Shown here one piece after another: positions 1-12,805 of a stretch of DNA of 64,000 bases. Position numbers and translations under genes: made by a program. The notes under the pieces are model-generated. The model worked only from the letters and a program-made list of their open reading frames with translations. It made no database searches and had not been told where the DNA came from. Location of the stretch: NCBI GenBank assembly GCA_002633005.1, contig NMRA01000014.1:1648504-1712503 (forward strand). Direction: 5' to 3'. Every line of letters starts with the position of its first letter. Positions within the stretch are counted from its first letter, which is position 1. The stretch comes from Phoronis australis. Its lineage: Eukaryota > Animalia > Phoronida.

Positions 1-229
1 GCGAACTTAAACTAATCAAACAATGCGAGAAAATGACTGTGGAAATTATTCCGCTGCTTTTAAATTAGTGAACGACTATTTAGTAATTGAATTTCTGTCC
101 ACCAAATCGGATCGGGTTCAATTGAAAGTCACTTTCGGGCTCCTATTACCGTAAAGAGCACCAATATGAAAAGTCACCCCCCCTAAAAGGTACGACTCGA
201 GTTTTTTGTTAAAATAACCAAGAATTGAC

Positions 230-1560
230 CATTTCAGTGTTAGCTTTTTTCATATTATATTACATACAAGACGTTTTGAGAGAATATGCAGTATTCCCAT
301 ATAATAAAAAAGTATTTCTAAAATTCTTCAAAAGGAAATACAATTCACAAATGATGGAGTTTTGTTCTTTGATGTCATGTTGACGATGATAAGGGATCGA
401 AATATTCATGTTTGTAGAAAATAATTTCTTGAAAGTAAAAGAGCATCACTATGTATTTTATAACAACAGGAACAATCTCCGTTGTAGAGCAAACAAATAG
501 AGATTTGGAAAACTATAGGGAAGAACAGTTGAAAGGACAATGGACAGATCATGGTGAGAAACTTTCTTAGTAAAAGCGAAATTATATTAATAAATTTACT
601 AAGTAAAATGCTGGTGAAGGCAAATTCCTTTCAAATCTATACATTCGTAATTTCTATAAATTCCTCTACAGTTTTATAAATGAATCTTTACAGGATTTTG
701 ATTTTGATTCTCCTGAATATGATTACAGAAAATTTGATGATTGTGAAAGTAGAAAATTTCATTTCAGGCAATGAAGTTTAATATGCTTTAAAATATGAAG
801 AATAATAATACGCTTGGCTCTGATGTTTTTTTCAACAGAAATTTATATTTTTCTTACCCCCTTGGACGTACTACTGTAAACAACCGAACTCTTTATTGCT
901 TTCAAAATTGCTTCACATTCTCTCTGCTCTCCCTTCACCGCCAGGTGGAGTTATTGTGCTACTGGAGAGACTATTTTACAATTTTATTTGGGAAAATACA
1001 CCAGTATAAATTTAATTCAGGTTTTTCCTTCAGTTGGGTGGCTGTAGCCGAGTGGTGCATTTGAGACCATTTATCACATGTTGTTGAAACTTATGTTGAC
1101 AATAAATGATATGTTTTCAAGTATTTTTCATTTTGTTATATTATTTTACAGCAGTTTATGCAAAGGAAAAAACAAACTATATTGTCATGAAGTCTTTAGA
1201 CACGTTGGAGAACTATATGGTACCTTTGTAATCACAAAGGCTTTTATCCTTTATTTATTGATGCGTCTGAAGATCTTGCTCACTTACATTGGTTTTGTTC
1301 AATGGTTTTGTTCAATGGTTCAAAATTTTTGGTTAGTTGTAGATTTATCGACCACTTAACGAACATGAGATATTTATTTGGCGAACTTGAGGCAAAAATA
1401 TTATTAATCTGGTCATGTTTTTGGTAAAATATATTTTATAAGGCGCGATGAAACTCCAGTACCCCTTGTTTGCAGCTACTCAAAATCAATTTCCAAATGT
1501 TATTAACTTGAAATAGTAGTTTGATATAGTAATTGTGAACAAAAATTATTTGTTAAAAGA
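230..1560 (+). mobile_element. Highly decayed L1/Tx1-like ORF2 relic
   Basis: Fragmentary motifs in the expected order: FFDVMLTMIR, LENYREEQLKGQWTDHGEK (cf. W..GEK), GSD, then RT-like scraps; many stops and indels; boundaries approximate. Confidence 0.45.
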
Positions 1561-2653
1561 CAGGCCGTTATAATTATTAATATTTATGTATAGATAAATC
1601 GTTTCAACATTTGTTGATCCCGGTTGCATCTGTAATGACTGTATGCGTGTATTCATGTGTGTTTGGCTGTTTTTGCTTCCATGAGTATCAGCACTACTGA
1701 AGAGTCAAAATTTGGCTGGGCTTGGAATGATCAATGACAAAGAAGAGCGAAATTTTCTAGTTGATGCATTGTTCCACAAATAAATAGGCTTGTGTGATAG
1801 ATGTTTTTGTGTTGTAAGATTTAACTGAAAAGGACGTTTTTACATGAATAAAGTTATGATAATGGTAACAAAGAGACGAAAAAAGAGGAAAGTGGAAATC
1901 AAATAAGAGAAAATCAATTTCAAAAAAGAGGAAATGATCTTAAAAGAAGAAAATTCTAAGCCCTGTTTTAGGCCTATACTATTAAAGGTAATGGGATGTT
2001 GCCGTTTTACGTCTGAATTCGCGCTGTTTGAGATTTTTGTAGGGTGGAATAGATGTCTTGGACTTAGCTGTGATCAGAGCTATAAAACATCAGCCACTGT
2101 GTCTTTGCGATTACACCCCAAAACATCGATCCTCCTCGTTATCTGCCAGACGTTCACTAAATCAAGACCGGTGACTTTATCTGTTTAATACTCTAAAATA
2201 CTCTGCGAGTGGTTTTTAGATTCGTCAATAGAGCTTTTACACTGTGACTCACATTTCGTTTTACAGCTGAAAATAGTTCTTAATTCAGATTGCAAATAGA
2301 ATGCTTTGCCAGAGTTGCGCTAGGGGAAACAAATTTAATTCTAATTTACTCTTTCCAAGAAATATGGAAAGCTCCTATCACTACTTGAGCACTTTGGCGG
2401 CGCTGCAAAATGACTGTTGTTTAGGACACGATGCCTTGTTTTAGAAAAGTAGTGAATGTCGGTTTCAAAAGCTGTCTAGTCGCGGTAGCATTCTTTTCGG
2501 AAATGAACGCATAAATGTCGGTGTTCACGGAGTGTTGTGAAGTTATATGATCATTATGTGTGCACGTTTTGTCTATACATACGTGAGGACATAATATTTA
2601 TGCAACTATGCTCTAGCGCAATACACGGCGTCACGTTTACTTCAGGCAACTGA

Positions 2654-2659
2654 TTTATT
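2654..2659 (-). promoter_or_regulatory. Candidate polyadenylation signal of the innexin
   Basis: AATAAA on the minus strand about 620 nt downstream of the stop codon; no transcript evidence. Confidence 0.4.
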
Positions 2660-3090
2660 GAAAATAAAATACAAAAATCGATCTCATCTACTTTGGCATA
2701 ACATCAAATCACATTCAGCAACTATGCCAGTTTTACACAAATCATAAATTACTGGCAAAATTATCGAAGATACCCCTTTCCTTTGTTTCGAGTTTCATGA
2801 ACAGAAATGCATCACATTAACACAAAACTGATTCGTAAATTGAAGCAATGTTTTATCAACTTGCCTCGGTGAAAAGTTGAAGTGGAACATTTTGTTGGTG
2901 CACCACCGACGAGAGCGTTTGAATAAATTTTTAACTCGAATGAGACAGAAAGAGTATCATTCTATAAATTGTGAAACAGTGAACTCTTCAAAACACATTT
3001 GGTGAACAACTGAAGGATACGTAAAAAGCACCTATATCGAGTGTATATACAAGTATTAAGAACACGGAATGTCACTCGTTTTACCATCAG

Positions 3091-3123
3091 GACGGCGCCA
3101 TAACGGCGTCATAACGGCGTCAC
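3091..3123. repeat. 11-bp tandem repeat (about 3 units) in the innexin 3' UTR
   Basis: gacggcgccat aacggcgtcat aacggcgtcac. Confidence 0.75.
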
Positions 3124-3279
3124 GACCAGTGAAACGTCCATAAGTCTCAGCACTACGAGTATAAGAACCAACAAACTAATGCTACATTTAAGCAAAAGTG
3201 GTGGAAATGATTTAAGTATTATGTGGACACACAATACAATGTTTGTGGCAATACATGGGCACTTGCCTCATTGTTTTAA

Positions 3280-4488
3280 CTACACTGCTCCACTTGAGTT
3301 CGCTTTCGAAGGGTGATAGTTTTTCCGGAATTTCTTAAAATGCTCCCATAGTTCACCGATTAACTCAGACGTAATGATGTCATTGGTGTTTTTGCTAATA
3401 AGTCTAAGTACAAAGACGCCGTCCTGCCTGAGATATTTCTCGGAGAAGACTTTGGCCAGTTTGCTATCAGGCACACCGCCTGCCAGCTGACTCAGCATCT
3501 TCAAGTACTTTTTGATGTACTGATAGCGCGTGCGTAGAAACAAGCCAAGTATCCAAGGAAGGGTACCCCAGACACTGAAGAAAGCAACCAACGCCATCCA
3601 AAACCACAAAAATATGAAAATTTTCTCATTAAACAAATTGATGGGCAGTGCACATTGTACCGTATAGCGATGGACATTCTCAAGACCCCCCAATCGCCTA
3701 ATTTCGAAGTCACACATGGTAACTCGTGGAAAACGATGGGATTCCTTCCAGTCTGTACCGTTAATGAGTTTGTCGATGACTTCGATTCCATAGAAATTAT
3801 ATTCCAAGGCCATGAATTTATTAAGAAGAAACATTTGACCGACGGCGTTCAGAATGTATAGCCCCTTGATAGCCAAGTAGGTGGCGATCATGTAATTCCC
3901 GTATCGCTTACCACACAGCAGACACAACTTGTCAGCCAACCACTGCTGCACACCAGAGCAACACGAGTTACGATGTTCACGTTGGAAGTCCAGGTAGCGG
4001 TCCATGTGTCGTACAATGAATTTCAACGTCTTCTCTCGTGTCTCGGGGTTCAGGTGCTCTGCGTTATTCACACACGTCACAATCCCGTTGACGTCGAGAC
4101 CAATGCGCGAACAAAATATGCGCCAGAAAACGTGAGGGAGATAGTACAGCGCCCCCATGGCGGCCAGAATGAAAGGAACCCATTGGTAGTAGGCGACTTC
4201 TTCTTGTCGTCTGATGTGAACACCGCGCGGCACGTCCTCACTAGTTGGCACGTAATACGTGTTGGAAATCCAACACACGTTGTTAGTGTATTCCTCGTGG
4301 CTTCCAATGAAATGGGCTGGACACCAGCAGTTGATTGGATCACCGACATATTGTTTGGTGCCGACGATGATCATGGAAATCACCAAGACTCCGATGGTGT
4401 ATCGGTGGCTCAACCGATCGTAGAAGTCGTCGTCATAGTGAAGGGCGAGTTTCGCCACATTACTGATGATGTCAAGAAAACTAGACAT
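3280..4488 (-). CDS. inx: Innexin (gap-junction/hemichannel protein), single coding exon, 402 aa
   Basis: Open ORF with innexin hallmarks: N-terminal DDDFYDRL, TM1 followed by QYVGDPINCWCP, CW in loop 1, YYQWVP at TM2, FPRVTMCDF, CALPINLFNEKIFIFLWFW, and four hydrophobic segments. A ttttcag acceptor lies 1 nt before the ATG, so the 5' UTR is spliced. Symbol is family-level only. Confidence 0.97.
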   Translation of the reverse strand: MSSFLDIISNVAKLALHYDDDFYDRLSHRYTIGVLVISMIIVGTKQYVGDPINCWCPAHFIGSHEEYTNNVCWISNTYYVPTSEDVPRGVHIRRQEEVAYYQWVPFILAAMGALYYLPHVFWRIFCSRIGLDVNGIVTCVNNAEHLNPETREKTLKFIVRHMDRYLDFQREHRNSCCSGVQQWLADKLCLLCGKRYGNYMIATYLAIKGLYILNAVGQMFLLNKFMALEYNFYGIEVIDKLINGTDWKESHRFPRVTMCDFEIRRLGGLENVHRYTVQCALPINLFNEKIFIFLWFWMALVAFFSVWGTLPWILGLFLRTRYQYIKKYLKMLSQLAGGVPDSKLAKVFSEKYLRQDGVFVLRLISKNTNDIITSELIGELWEHFKKFRKNYHPSKANSSGAV

Positions 4489-4606
4489 GCTGAAAAGACA
4501 AAGGAGATTGTTATACAGACTGTGTGTGCGAAGAAACTAGACATGCTGAAAAGACAAAAGAGATTGTTATACAGACTGTGCGTGAGGAAAATAGACATGC
4601 TGAGAA
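4476..4606 (-). repeat. Tandem repeat (about 2.3 units of 54-56 bp) containing the innexin acceptor and start codon
   Basis: tagacatgctga recurs with the cat (minus-strand ATG) ending at 4488, 4544 and 4598; the unit ...agattgttatacagactgtg... is present twice. Confidence 0.9.
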
Positions 4607-7600
4607 AATGCAAAGGGAAAGCAATTCATAGCTTAAATGACGTAAAGGATATGTTACGGAAAATTTGGAAAGCTAAGCAGTATATGTTGGCAATAGTCCT
4701 TCTTTTAGAGACGAATTTTTTTCTCACAACTTGTATTACGTACGGTTGCGGTAACTTATAATTGCGCAGTGGATTAAATCCAGATCACAAGGCTTCATTC
4801 CTTCAGCTGCTGCGCAATGAACTAGAGATGTGTACGTACTACATCTTGTCAGATTTTGAACAAATTATTCACCAAAGAAATGGCAGAGATAAGGTGTTCT
4901 GTTTGGTAATGCCTACAGAAAATGAATTGAACTATCTAATTATGCAGGACTGACAGTTCAGACAAAATTACCTGATAATGACCCTGTAAGATGGCGTAAT
5001 GACACTGCACATAACAACTCGCTTCTTATATTTCGTATCTAAACTTATTTTTAGAACACAAACTTTTGTGACGATACAAAGGGGTCCTCGCCATTAAAAG
5101 TGTTATCTGTCCCTTCTGATAATATCATTTACTGATCTTACGTTATCAAAAGTGAAAGAACATTAATAGGTTCATATGACCAAGGGCAAATCCTCAACGT
5201 TTATTGGCTCATTAATAAAGTAAATGCAAAATATCTTGGAAACCCTACTGCTCTTCCTGTTATAGCACATTCAACAGGTGCTCACAAGCTCCTTCTACAC
5301 AATGTTCTTCAATTTCCGCCAGGCATTATCGTGTGCATTTCTACATAATTTATAATCAAGCTTGTGCAACCGATTCCCCTCCAAACTTCACCCTGCTCTG
5401 GTCGAGAACTGAAGTTTTAGGCTCCAGAAACATTTCGCTCACACTTACATTTATGAACACTGACGATTATTGTATAAAATGGGCATGAATGCTCAGGTAG
5501 ATAGTTGCAACCTGGGAGTAATGTAGTGATATTGGTCCTAGATTGCAACAGACGCTCAGAAAAAGGATCACATAGCTAAAACCATCACAACTCGACTTAT
5601 GCACAGATGATCACGATACATTTACCGGACATTGCGCAGTGGGATAGACTAATGTATAAGTAAGATGCTAAAAAGTGGGTGTCCATACACATCCTACCTT
5701 CACCATCTCCTCAGGTGGGGACCAGAACTCGGACATTTGAAAGTATACGTTATACGGTACCAAAACTACCGCCACACGCTACTGTGCAAGGGTATACTAT
5801 TTGCCCATGATGATTAATTTTCTTGCGTCTCCAATGAAAAGCCCAGAATGTCTATAGAGACGGCTGGTATTGACAGTGCGTCAGAAAACAACAACTCTTC
5901 AAATGTATATTATACATATACGTTTAAAGTAAACACTGGGTATTATGACGCATTATGATTAATACAATCAGTCAATGCTAAGGGTCAGTTAATCGCTTGT
6001 GAAACTCGCACCTTACAGTAGAGTGGAGCGCCAACTACCGACAGCACATATTAACTGGAAGTTGGCGTCTGCTCGTATTTGTAAAGTCTCGTCGTCAACA
6101 ACTACAAACAACCACTTCAAGCAAGCGGGGGCTGTCTATTATATGAGTGCTTTTTATGAAAACATCATCTTAAATCTAGTCTAGATTAGGTGGATGGACA
6201 TTAAACATACCTTGATGCATTTCTGGTGTAATCAAGTTTGAAAAGTAAACAGGTATCAACCTCATGTGACAAGTTTCATTTTTCTGTCTGGCATTTCAGA
6301 TACTGCGTTGCTTGGAAAATACAGTGATAAAACATCTCTGACGATAGGAAGGATACAATACTGGAAAATGTAAATACTAAGAATTTGAAGGGAAACCAAA
6401 GTTAAAACAAGTAGACAACAATGTGCAGATTAGGGTTATCGTACAGGACCTTAAGGGCAAGTCTATGGATTTAGCCAAATATTTAGAAAATATTTAGACT
6501 TAATGCCAGTCTGCTCTTGATTGGGTCACGTGACCATGAAAGCTTAGTAGAATTTGGCAAAGAGGAAAGGTACATCCGTAGCAAAACAGCGGTATCAATA
6601 ACACGATTAAATTTTATTCGATGTAAATGTTCAAGGTGAAATCTCAAAGACTCTGCTAGAGTTTTATAAAGCAAGTTTTTTCATTTTGTTTGATGCACTT
6701 TTGACATTTTTAATAAAAAGCATAACGGTCTTAATTTGATAGTCCGTCATGCAAACGTAGGTAACTTCAAAAACAATTCCTAACATGTATTTGGAGAACA
6801 GTTCATAAAGCGTGGTATCGGAAAGTTTCATATGGATACTATCAGCCATTTCTGAGATGTAATGCTTTTGTAAAATTTTGCCATTTTTCGAGAAACCTAC
6901 ACCACTTGAGCTCAGAGCACAAAAGGTATAAAGGCGATATAACCGGGGTATATAGGTATAGAGGTGGTCTTGGAGACTGCTATAGCACAGGTAAACGACT
7001 CAACGCTCGTTTGTTGCAAGGCTTAAGAAAGGCATAGTGGAACGTAATATGTAAACACTTAGAGCCGTTAATTCTACATAATAGGCGTTTTTGAATCACA
7101 TAGAGAATGAACCAAGACTGAACAGGTAATTGTTGGACTAGGAGGTCTACTCAGCGGCATAATGTCGTTATTATAGTTTATTGAGTTTCTTGTGAACTCA
7201 GGCGGTTCAATAGACGAATGGTGTATTAAGCGTCCCTAGATATTGCGAGAAACAAGCAGGAGAGTGTTTCGTAGTTGACCAAGTTTTTGCGAGAAAAATA
7301 AGATCTCACCGAGTGTTTCACGAGTGGGCTCGGGAGCTTACTGGCCCGGCTATCTCACTGAAGTGAGTGGATGGTGAGGTTGGAGTGATGATTCGTGGCA
7401 TTTGATTCACTCGATTCACTCCACTTCGCATTGGTTTCTATTCAATTAGCAAAGCAAGTGCAACTCTAGCTAATTTGCAGTCTCCAGAACGCAGCCCTGA
7501 TAGCCTTCCAAACGTGCTATATTCCAGTCATATAAACTTGTAGTCATGAGCCTGTTTAAACAAGCCAGACATTGTAATGACGGGAATATTGAAAGGGGGT

Positions 7601-9187
7601 CACCAGTTATATTTATTGAAAACAACAGCGACGACGCCACAGTTTGCTTTTTCTCAATGAATTCCTCTTAAGCAATGTTAGTAATTTTTTTGCATCGCTT
7701 ATAAATCTTATTGCATCTGATTTCCATATCTGTTCGTGTTTTTGCTTTTAATATTTTCTTAATAGCATATTTAAGGATTGAATACTTATATCAGATAATA
7801 CTTACATGTATATAGATCTATGTATACTACTTTTATCTATGTACTGTCTACAACCCAGATATAATGCTTCGCGATTTCTGGGTTTGTTATTGTTTTCCTT
7901 GTATGTTATGTGCATTCTTCAATAAATATAAATCACCTTGAACAATTTGAAAAATTTGCAGAATAATACGCAGTGGGAATAATGTGTTATGTCAATCAAA
8001 TTTTTATTCGCAGCAGCAATTTGAATTACTTGATATTTTTTCCACTTTTCACAAAGAGAAATTGAGCTAAAGGTATTAATAGGATCGACCCAGAATTTGC
8101 GACAATCAGTTCATGGGAGTATGGTCCAACACTTGGACACTTCAATTTGACCGCTTCTACTAGGCTCTTGGTTCTGATAAGACTGTCTTCACGAGTTGCA
8201 CAATAACAAAGCTGTTCTCGGAATATCTCTGTTTCAGTTTCACTTCAGACGCTCGTACATATCGCTACAACTTTGACATAGTTAATTCCTGTCTGAGTGA
8301 CAAAAGAGTTCTTTCCTGATAAGTAATTGTCACTCCTCAATCTCGGAGACTGTACCTCGTATCTTCGGCAGCGGCATGACAAACTGTCTTTGTGTTATGT
8401 GCTTGAGGCCAAAATACTTGCAAACTTCATGAAAAGCATACGCGTACATTCTAAGCCTGGTAACTCATGAGCTGAGTGCAATTTTCTTATCACTGATACA
8501 CTGGGTTAATCCGTTCAAAATATAATCTCCAAAAGCATTAAATACATTATTTTGCTCATTGTAACTTGCCCAGTCACGTGCATAATAACCTGAAGAATTG
8601 GTAATAAATGTATCTGTAAAAACTTGAAACAGACAGTCACGTGGCCATGTTTTGGTAGTTACGTTCTCAGTGTCCGGCACTCCCCACAAATCTCACACAG
8701 CGGCGCCGTCGTTCATCATCGCAGTTTGCTTACCTACTGCAATTGAATAGATAATTGGCACAGAGGAATTTCAAGATTAGGTGTCCCTAATTCATTCTTT
8801 CATTCGTCTTGTGTCTTTTATGTTCTCTTACTCCCAGTGCAGTAGTAGTGGTTCTCTCCAATTTACCCGGGAACCAAATGGTCACAGGAGTCCGCTAATA
8901 ACTGCATGGTTAAAGTAACGAAGGTCGGCAGTTTCCACGTTGATTTATTTATTACTGATATTAGGTTCGCGACGATACTTTTGTGACCATACAGTTTCCT
9001 TCTTAATGTATGCTTTTACTACTTCTTTTTAACTGACATCGTCGGCTTTAACATTATAAAGCGAAAGTGGCCAAACAACACAGTGCTATCTATTCGCAGC
9101 TGTTTACACGCATATAAAGCACAGTTAGCATGACTTTACTTAGGATACTCGTCTGTTGCTGTTCCACACGACACGGAATAAAGTAAG

Positions 9188-9325
9188 CTAGCCACTACAG
9201 CGTATACTTGTCTATCTTCTAGCATGAAGCTTGTCAGTATACGCGTATATATTCCAGCATCAATCTAGCCACTACAGTGTATACTTGTCTATCTTCTAGC
9301 ATGAAGCCTGTCAGTATACGCGTAT
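9188..9325. repeat. Direct duplication of 61 bp (period 77)
   Basis: ctagccactacag.gtatacttgtctatcttctagcatgaagc.tgtcagtatacgcgtat at 9188-9248 and 9265-9325, with two mismatches. Confidence 0.92.
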
Positions 9326-10052
9326 GGGCCCTGTGCATCCCTGACACATACGTACACGGCACGAACCAAATGAGGGAAACTGCCGTCGGCAAGCCGTTTT
9401 TACGGCTCAACTAGTGCTACAGACGTCATGCTGATATGTAAAACCATTTTTGTTCATGAGAGGCGCAGCTTTCATATTATTTCGCGGATTATTCATGTAC
9501 GAAACAGCTACATACACGTAATGCATGTGAACTAACGAAGGCCACCTTGTCCGGCAGCGAATGGGAACTCACGCGACAACACCAGCGACCTTATCATCCT
9601 TATCGTCCTCTTCGTCGTCACTCATCTTTGCCCACGCTTCTCTAGTTTGTGAGGTCTTGTACACGAATGTGATGAACGAGATCTATCTAACTGGGAAACA
9701 ACAATAACCAGGGTTTTTCCTGACTGCGAGTATTATCAGTAGGGCATCAGTGCGTGACAAACTTAAAATAGGACACTATCCAAGCCTGCTCATGGGTGCG
9801 GAGAAGGCATTTGTACAGTGTAACCGACGCGCAGACATTCACACGCCTTGTGTCACGAATAGTTCTATTGGTTACAATCCCCTCTACAACGGAGTTCTGA
9901 CCTATGAAAGTCAGAAGATTCTCGCATCTAGTATTATAGCGTTTCAGTTTCGTGTTTTATTTGTGTTTGGAGTGACAGATTTTATCCTCCTTGCTCTAAC
10001 AAGCATTGTTTGGGTGTTACATACCTTACTTTTGATAACTGTCCCAGCTTAG

Positions 10053-10162
10053 AGATCAAGTTTTAGTCTAATACTGGAATAAAAACATACTAAAATTAGC
10101 GACGTTGCGTCCGCATCTCACAGACGTCGTTAATTTTTAGTAATTAGACTCAAACTTGATCT
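10053..10162. repeat. Inverted repeat/hairpin (MITE-like)
   Basis: agatcaagttttagtctaat pairs with attagactcaaacttgatct; a 12-bp direct repeat gtcccagcttag lies at 10041 and 10201. Confidence 0.7.
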
Positions 10163-10708
10163 GTTTTCTCAACTGGATGTCTCAAAATTTTCATGCTTTT
10201 GTCCCAGCTTAGGTTTTAGAAAGTTCCCAAGTGGTTTTTAATGCAGTAACTGTTAGCTTGTTAATACATTTTCCTCCATCAAATCCGCCCATAATGTAAA
10301 AGCATGCAAGGCTATTTGTTCCATATTTCCACTTTACAGGTACCGGTTAATTTTTATGAAGAATTCAGAAAAGTTATATACTTACGGTTTGCCCATGAAT
10401 AATTTCATTTAAACATAGTTAACTAATATATTAAAGAAAACTGCTATATCTAGCACATTTCACTCCATCTGGTTACCAAACTGTTTTAGTTTTAAAGTTG
10501 CAATTTAACGTTGTTTCAGTTTTAGGTGACAGTGTTCCGCGCCTGCTATGGGTGTCCCATTAAATGAAAGGAAAAATCACTTGTGAGTGGTTAAGAAGAT
10601 ACTAAAATTTCGTTTATACCATGAAATGAAATAGCGTCATCTGTACGCAGTCAAATGTTTATAATCGGACCATTTCAAATTTCCAAACGAAAGCTACAAG
10701 ACAACCAC

Positions 10709-10822
10709 CAGGGGCGGATCCAGGATTTTTAGTTAGGGACGGGGGGCAGGGCTGAGTATTAGGCAGGATTTTGCCCGTCAGACATTCCCATCACCGAACT
10801 TCCAAATGGAAGTCCGCCACTG
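10709..10822. mobile_element. MITE family A (CAGDGGCGGA TIR), 5-bp TSD ACCAC
   Basis: caggggcgga…tccgccactg, flanked by accac at 10704-10708 and 10823-10827; internally homologous to 57895-58057. Confidence 0.85.
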
Positions 10823-12805
10823 ACCACCATCTTACACACATCTACGAAGGGGGTTTGCGGGTTGTATAATACATGCAGGGCTACATTGACGCGCTAACGC
10901 GTAAAACATTGTACGCGTTAACAACTGGCAAGCTTGGCATTCCATACAACTACACGTCTACGCACTCATGTTTGCGCGCATCAGAAGCATGGGCCTATCT
11001 TATGGGTTTATGTATTCACAATAATGAAGAATTGTATATTCAGCATTTGGCATCAGGCAAGGCCAAATGGAAAAGGTAATTTTAACGCATACCCAAGAAA
11101 TAAGCAAAAGCGACATTATAATTAAGAAGGCATACACGTTGAAAACTCCGTTTGAAGAAAGCTATTCGCTAGATAACGAAATTAAGCCATCACGCGTCAT
11201 AAGAAAACCGTTGAACAGTCCTGGTGACGTCATGCGAGACATAACACCGTAAGATTAATAATCGTTTTTCATGCGGATGGAACTTCCGGCCACAAGTATT
11301 CATTGAAAATAACAGTTGAAAAATTTTTCTAAAGCTGTGAGTGAAATGTTGATAAAATCCGTTTTCAACGAAATTGAACATGAATTGAGAAAACTTTGAT
11401 TTCACGCGAACAAATGAGACCCTAGTGAATATTTTTTGGTTGTATTAGCGTTTTCGTGTGGATGNAAATGATTTTTGTTGCAGTACTGAAAAGTATTGGC
11501 GCATTAGCTCTGGTGGCTCCTTGTTTTTTTGGCAAATTGACCATTTTATGGTTCCCATGGGTAATTTTGTTAGTGGTCTAGTATGTATGTACAACTGTAA
11601 TCGTAGGGCAATTGTAATGCAAACCATGTTGCAAAAGTATTTTTTTATGACCATTTCATTGTAAAATGCTGCCTAATTGGAACCGACAAGCCAGTTTTTC
11701 ATTTTGTGGTGGTTAGTTTTGATAAAAACATTGGTGTGGTAAATACAGCTACCTCAAGTTTGTGAAGAAGAGATTTCCAGTGTTGTCAGCGATATTGCGA
11801 AATCACTTTTTCGCAGTGAGACTACATCACCTTAAATGTAATTCCCTGACTTTATGGGAATATTTTCAGCTTAGATGAGTTGTCTGTGAGGTAGGCAATT
11901 TTCAAATAAGATAATGAATAAAATTGTCAAACATTGTTTTATTTTTTAGGTGTGTGATCTTCCAATAAGTGATTACTTTTAAAAAACCTGTGCAGAATTT
12001 GATTTTTACTCTTCATTTTAAGGAGAATAAATCCATAAACCTGCATTGTCTTGAAATTTTACTCAAACTACATATTGGGTTGGGGATTGGAATCTTAATA
12101 CAACAGAGTCTCTGAACCCGTACCATGAGCAATACACCACAATACACGGATATAAAAATTTGGTGTTTAGGTTCCACGGAAAGGATTCGTGTGCGCGGTA
12201 ATAGTTACTAAGGTGCGTGGTCATTGTTTGTGGATACTTTGGGATTCCTCTTCTGTGGTCATCCACGGGAAACCTGGTCGCATAGAGAACAATAGATTAG
12301 CATCTTCATTGTTATAATAAAGATATAATGACGAGCACTTATCAGCAACGGTCTGATGTCCGCAAGGTTCTATATCCATGCGACCTGTGTTGTTATATCC
12401 AACAGTGACACAACAACGGAAAACAATGATAGGACCGATGGGCGAAAAACATGCGACGAGTTGCCACAGACAGTGGTGGAGTTTGTCTTGTCATTCGAAT
12501 GTTTTTAGAGAACTGCAAACCCGGTATTTCGTCAGGAATATTTCTGCGGTCTTTTGTTTTAAGTCGTGGGAAAAACTGCGGTCATGCCACCAAACTTATC
12601 ATTCATTTGATATTACAATGCATTGCATGAACATTTGATCAACAGAAAATCTGACTTGAATATGTGTGAAGAAATACCCATGAGGAAATTGCAAAGTAAA
12701 ACAACTGTAAATCAAAATAACCTACATTTGTCGAGTTCATGTCTAACCCTGTTCACTGCGGAGGACATAATCGGCTTTTTACAAAATGGAGCCATGTGTG
12801 GTATT

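Noticed and set aside
3973-4761. 262-aa plus-strand ORF
   Set aside because: Antisense shadow of the innexin CDS running into the tandem repeat; no recognisable domain.
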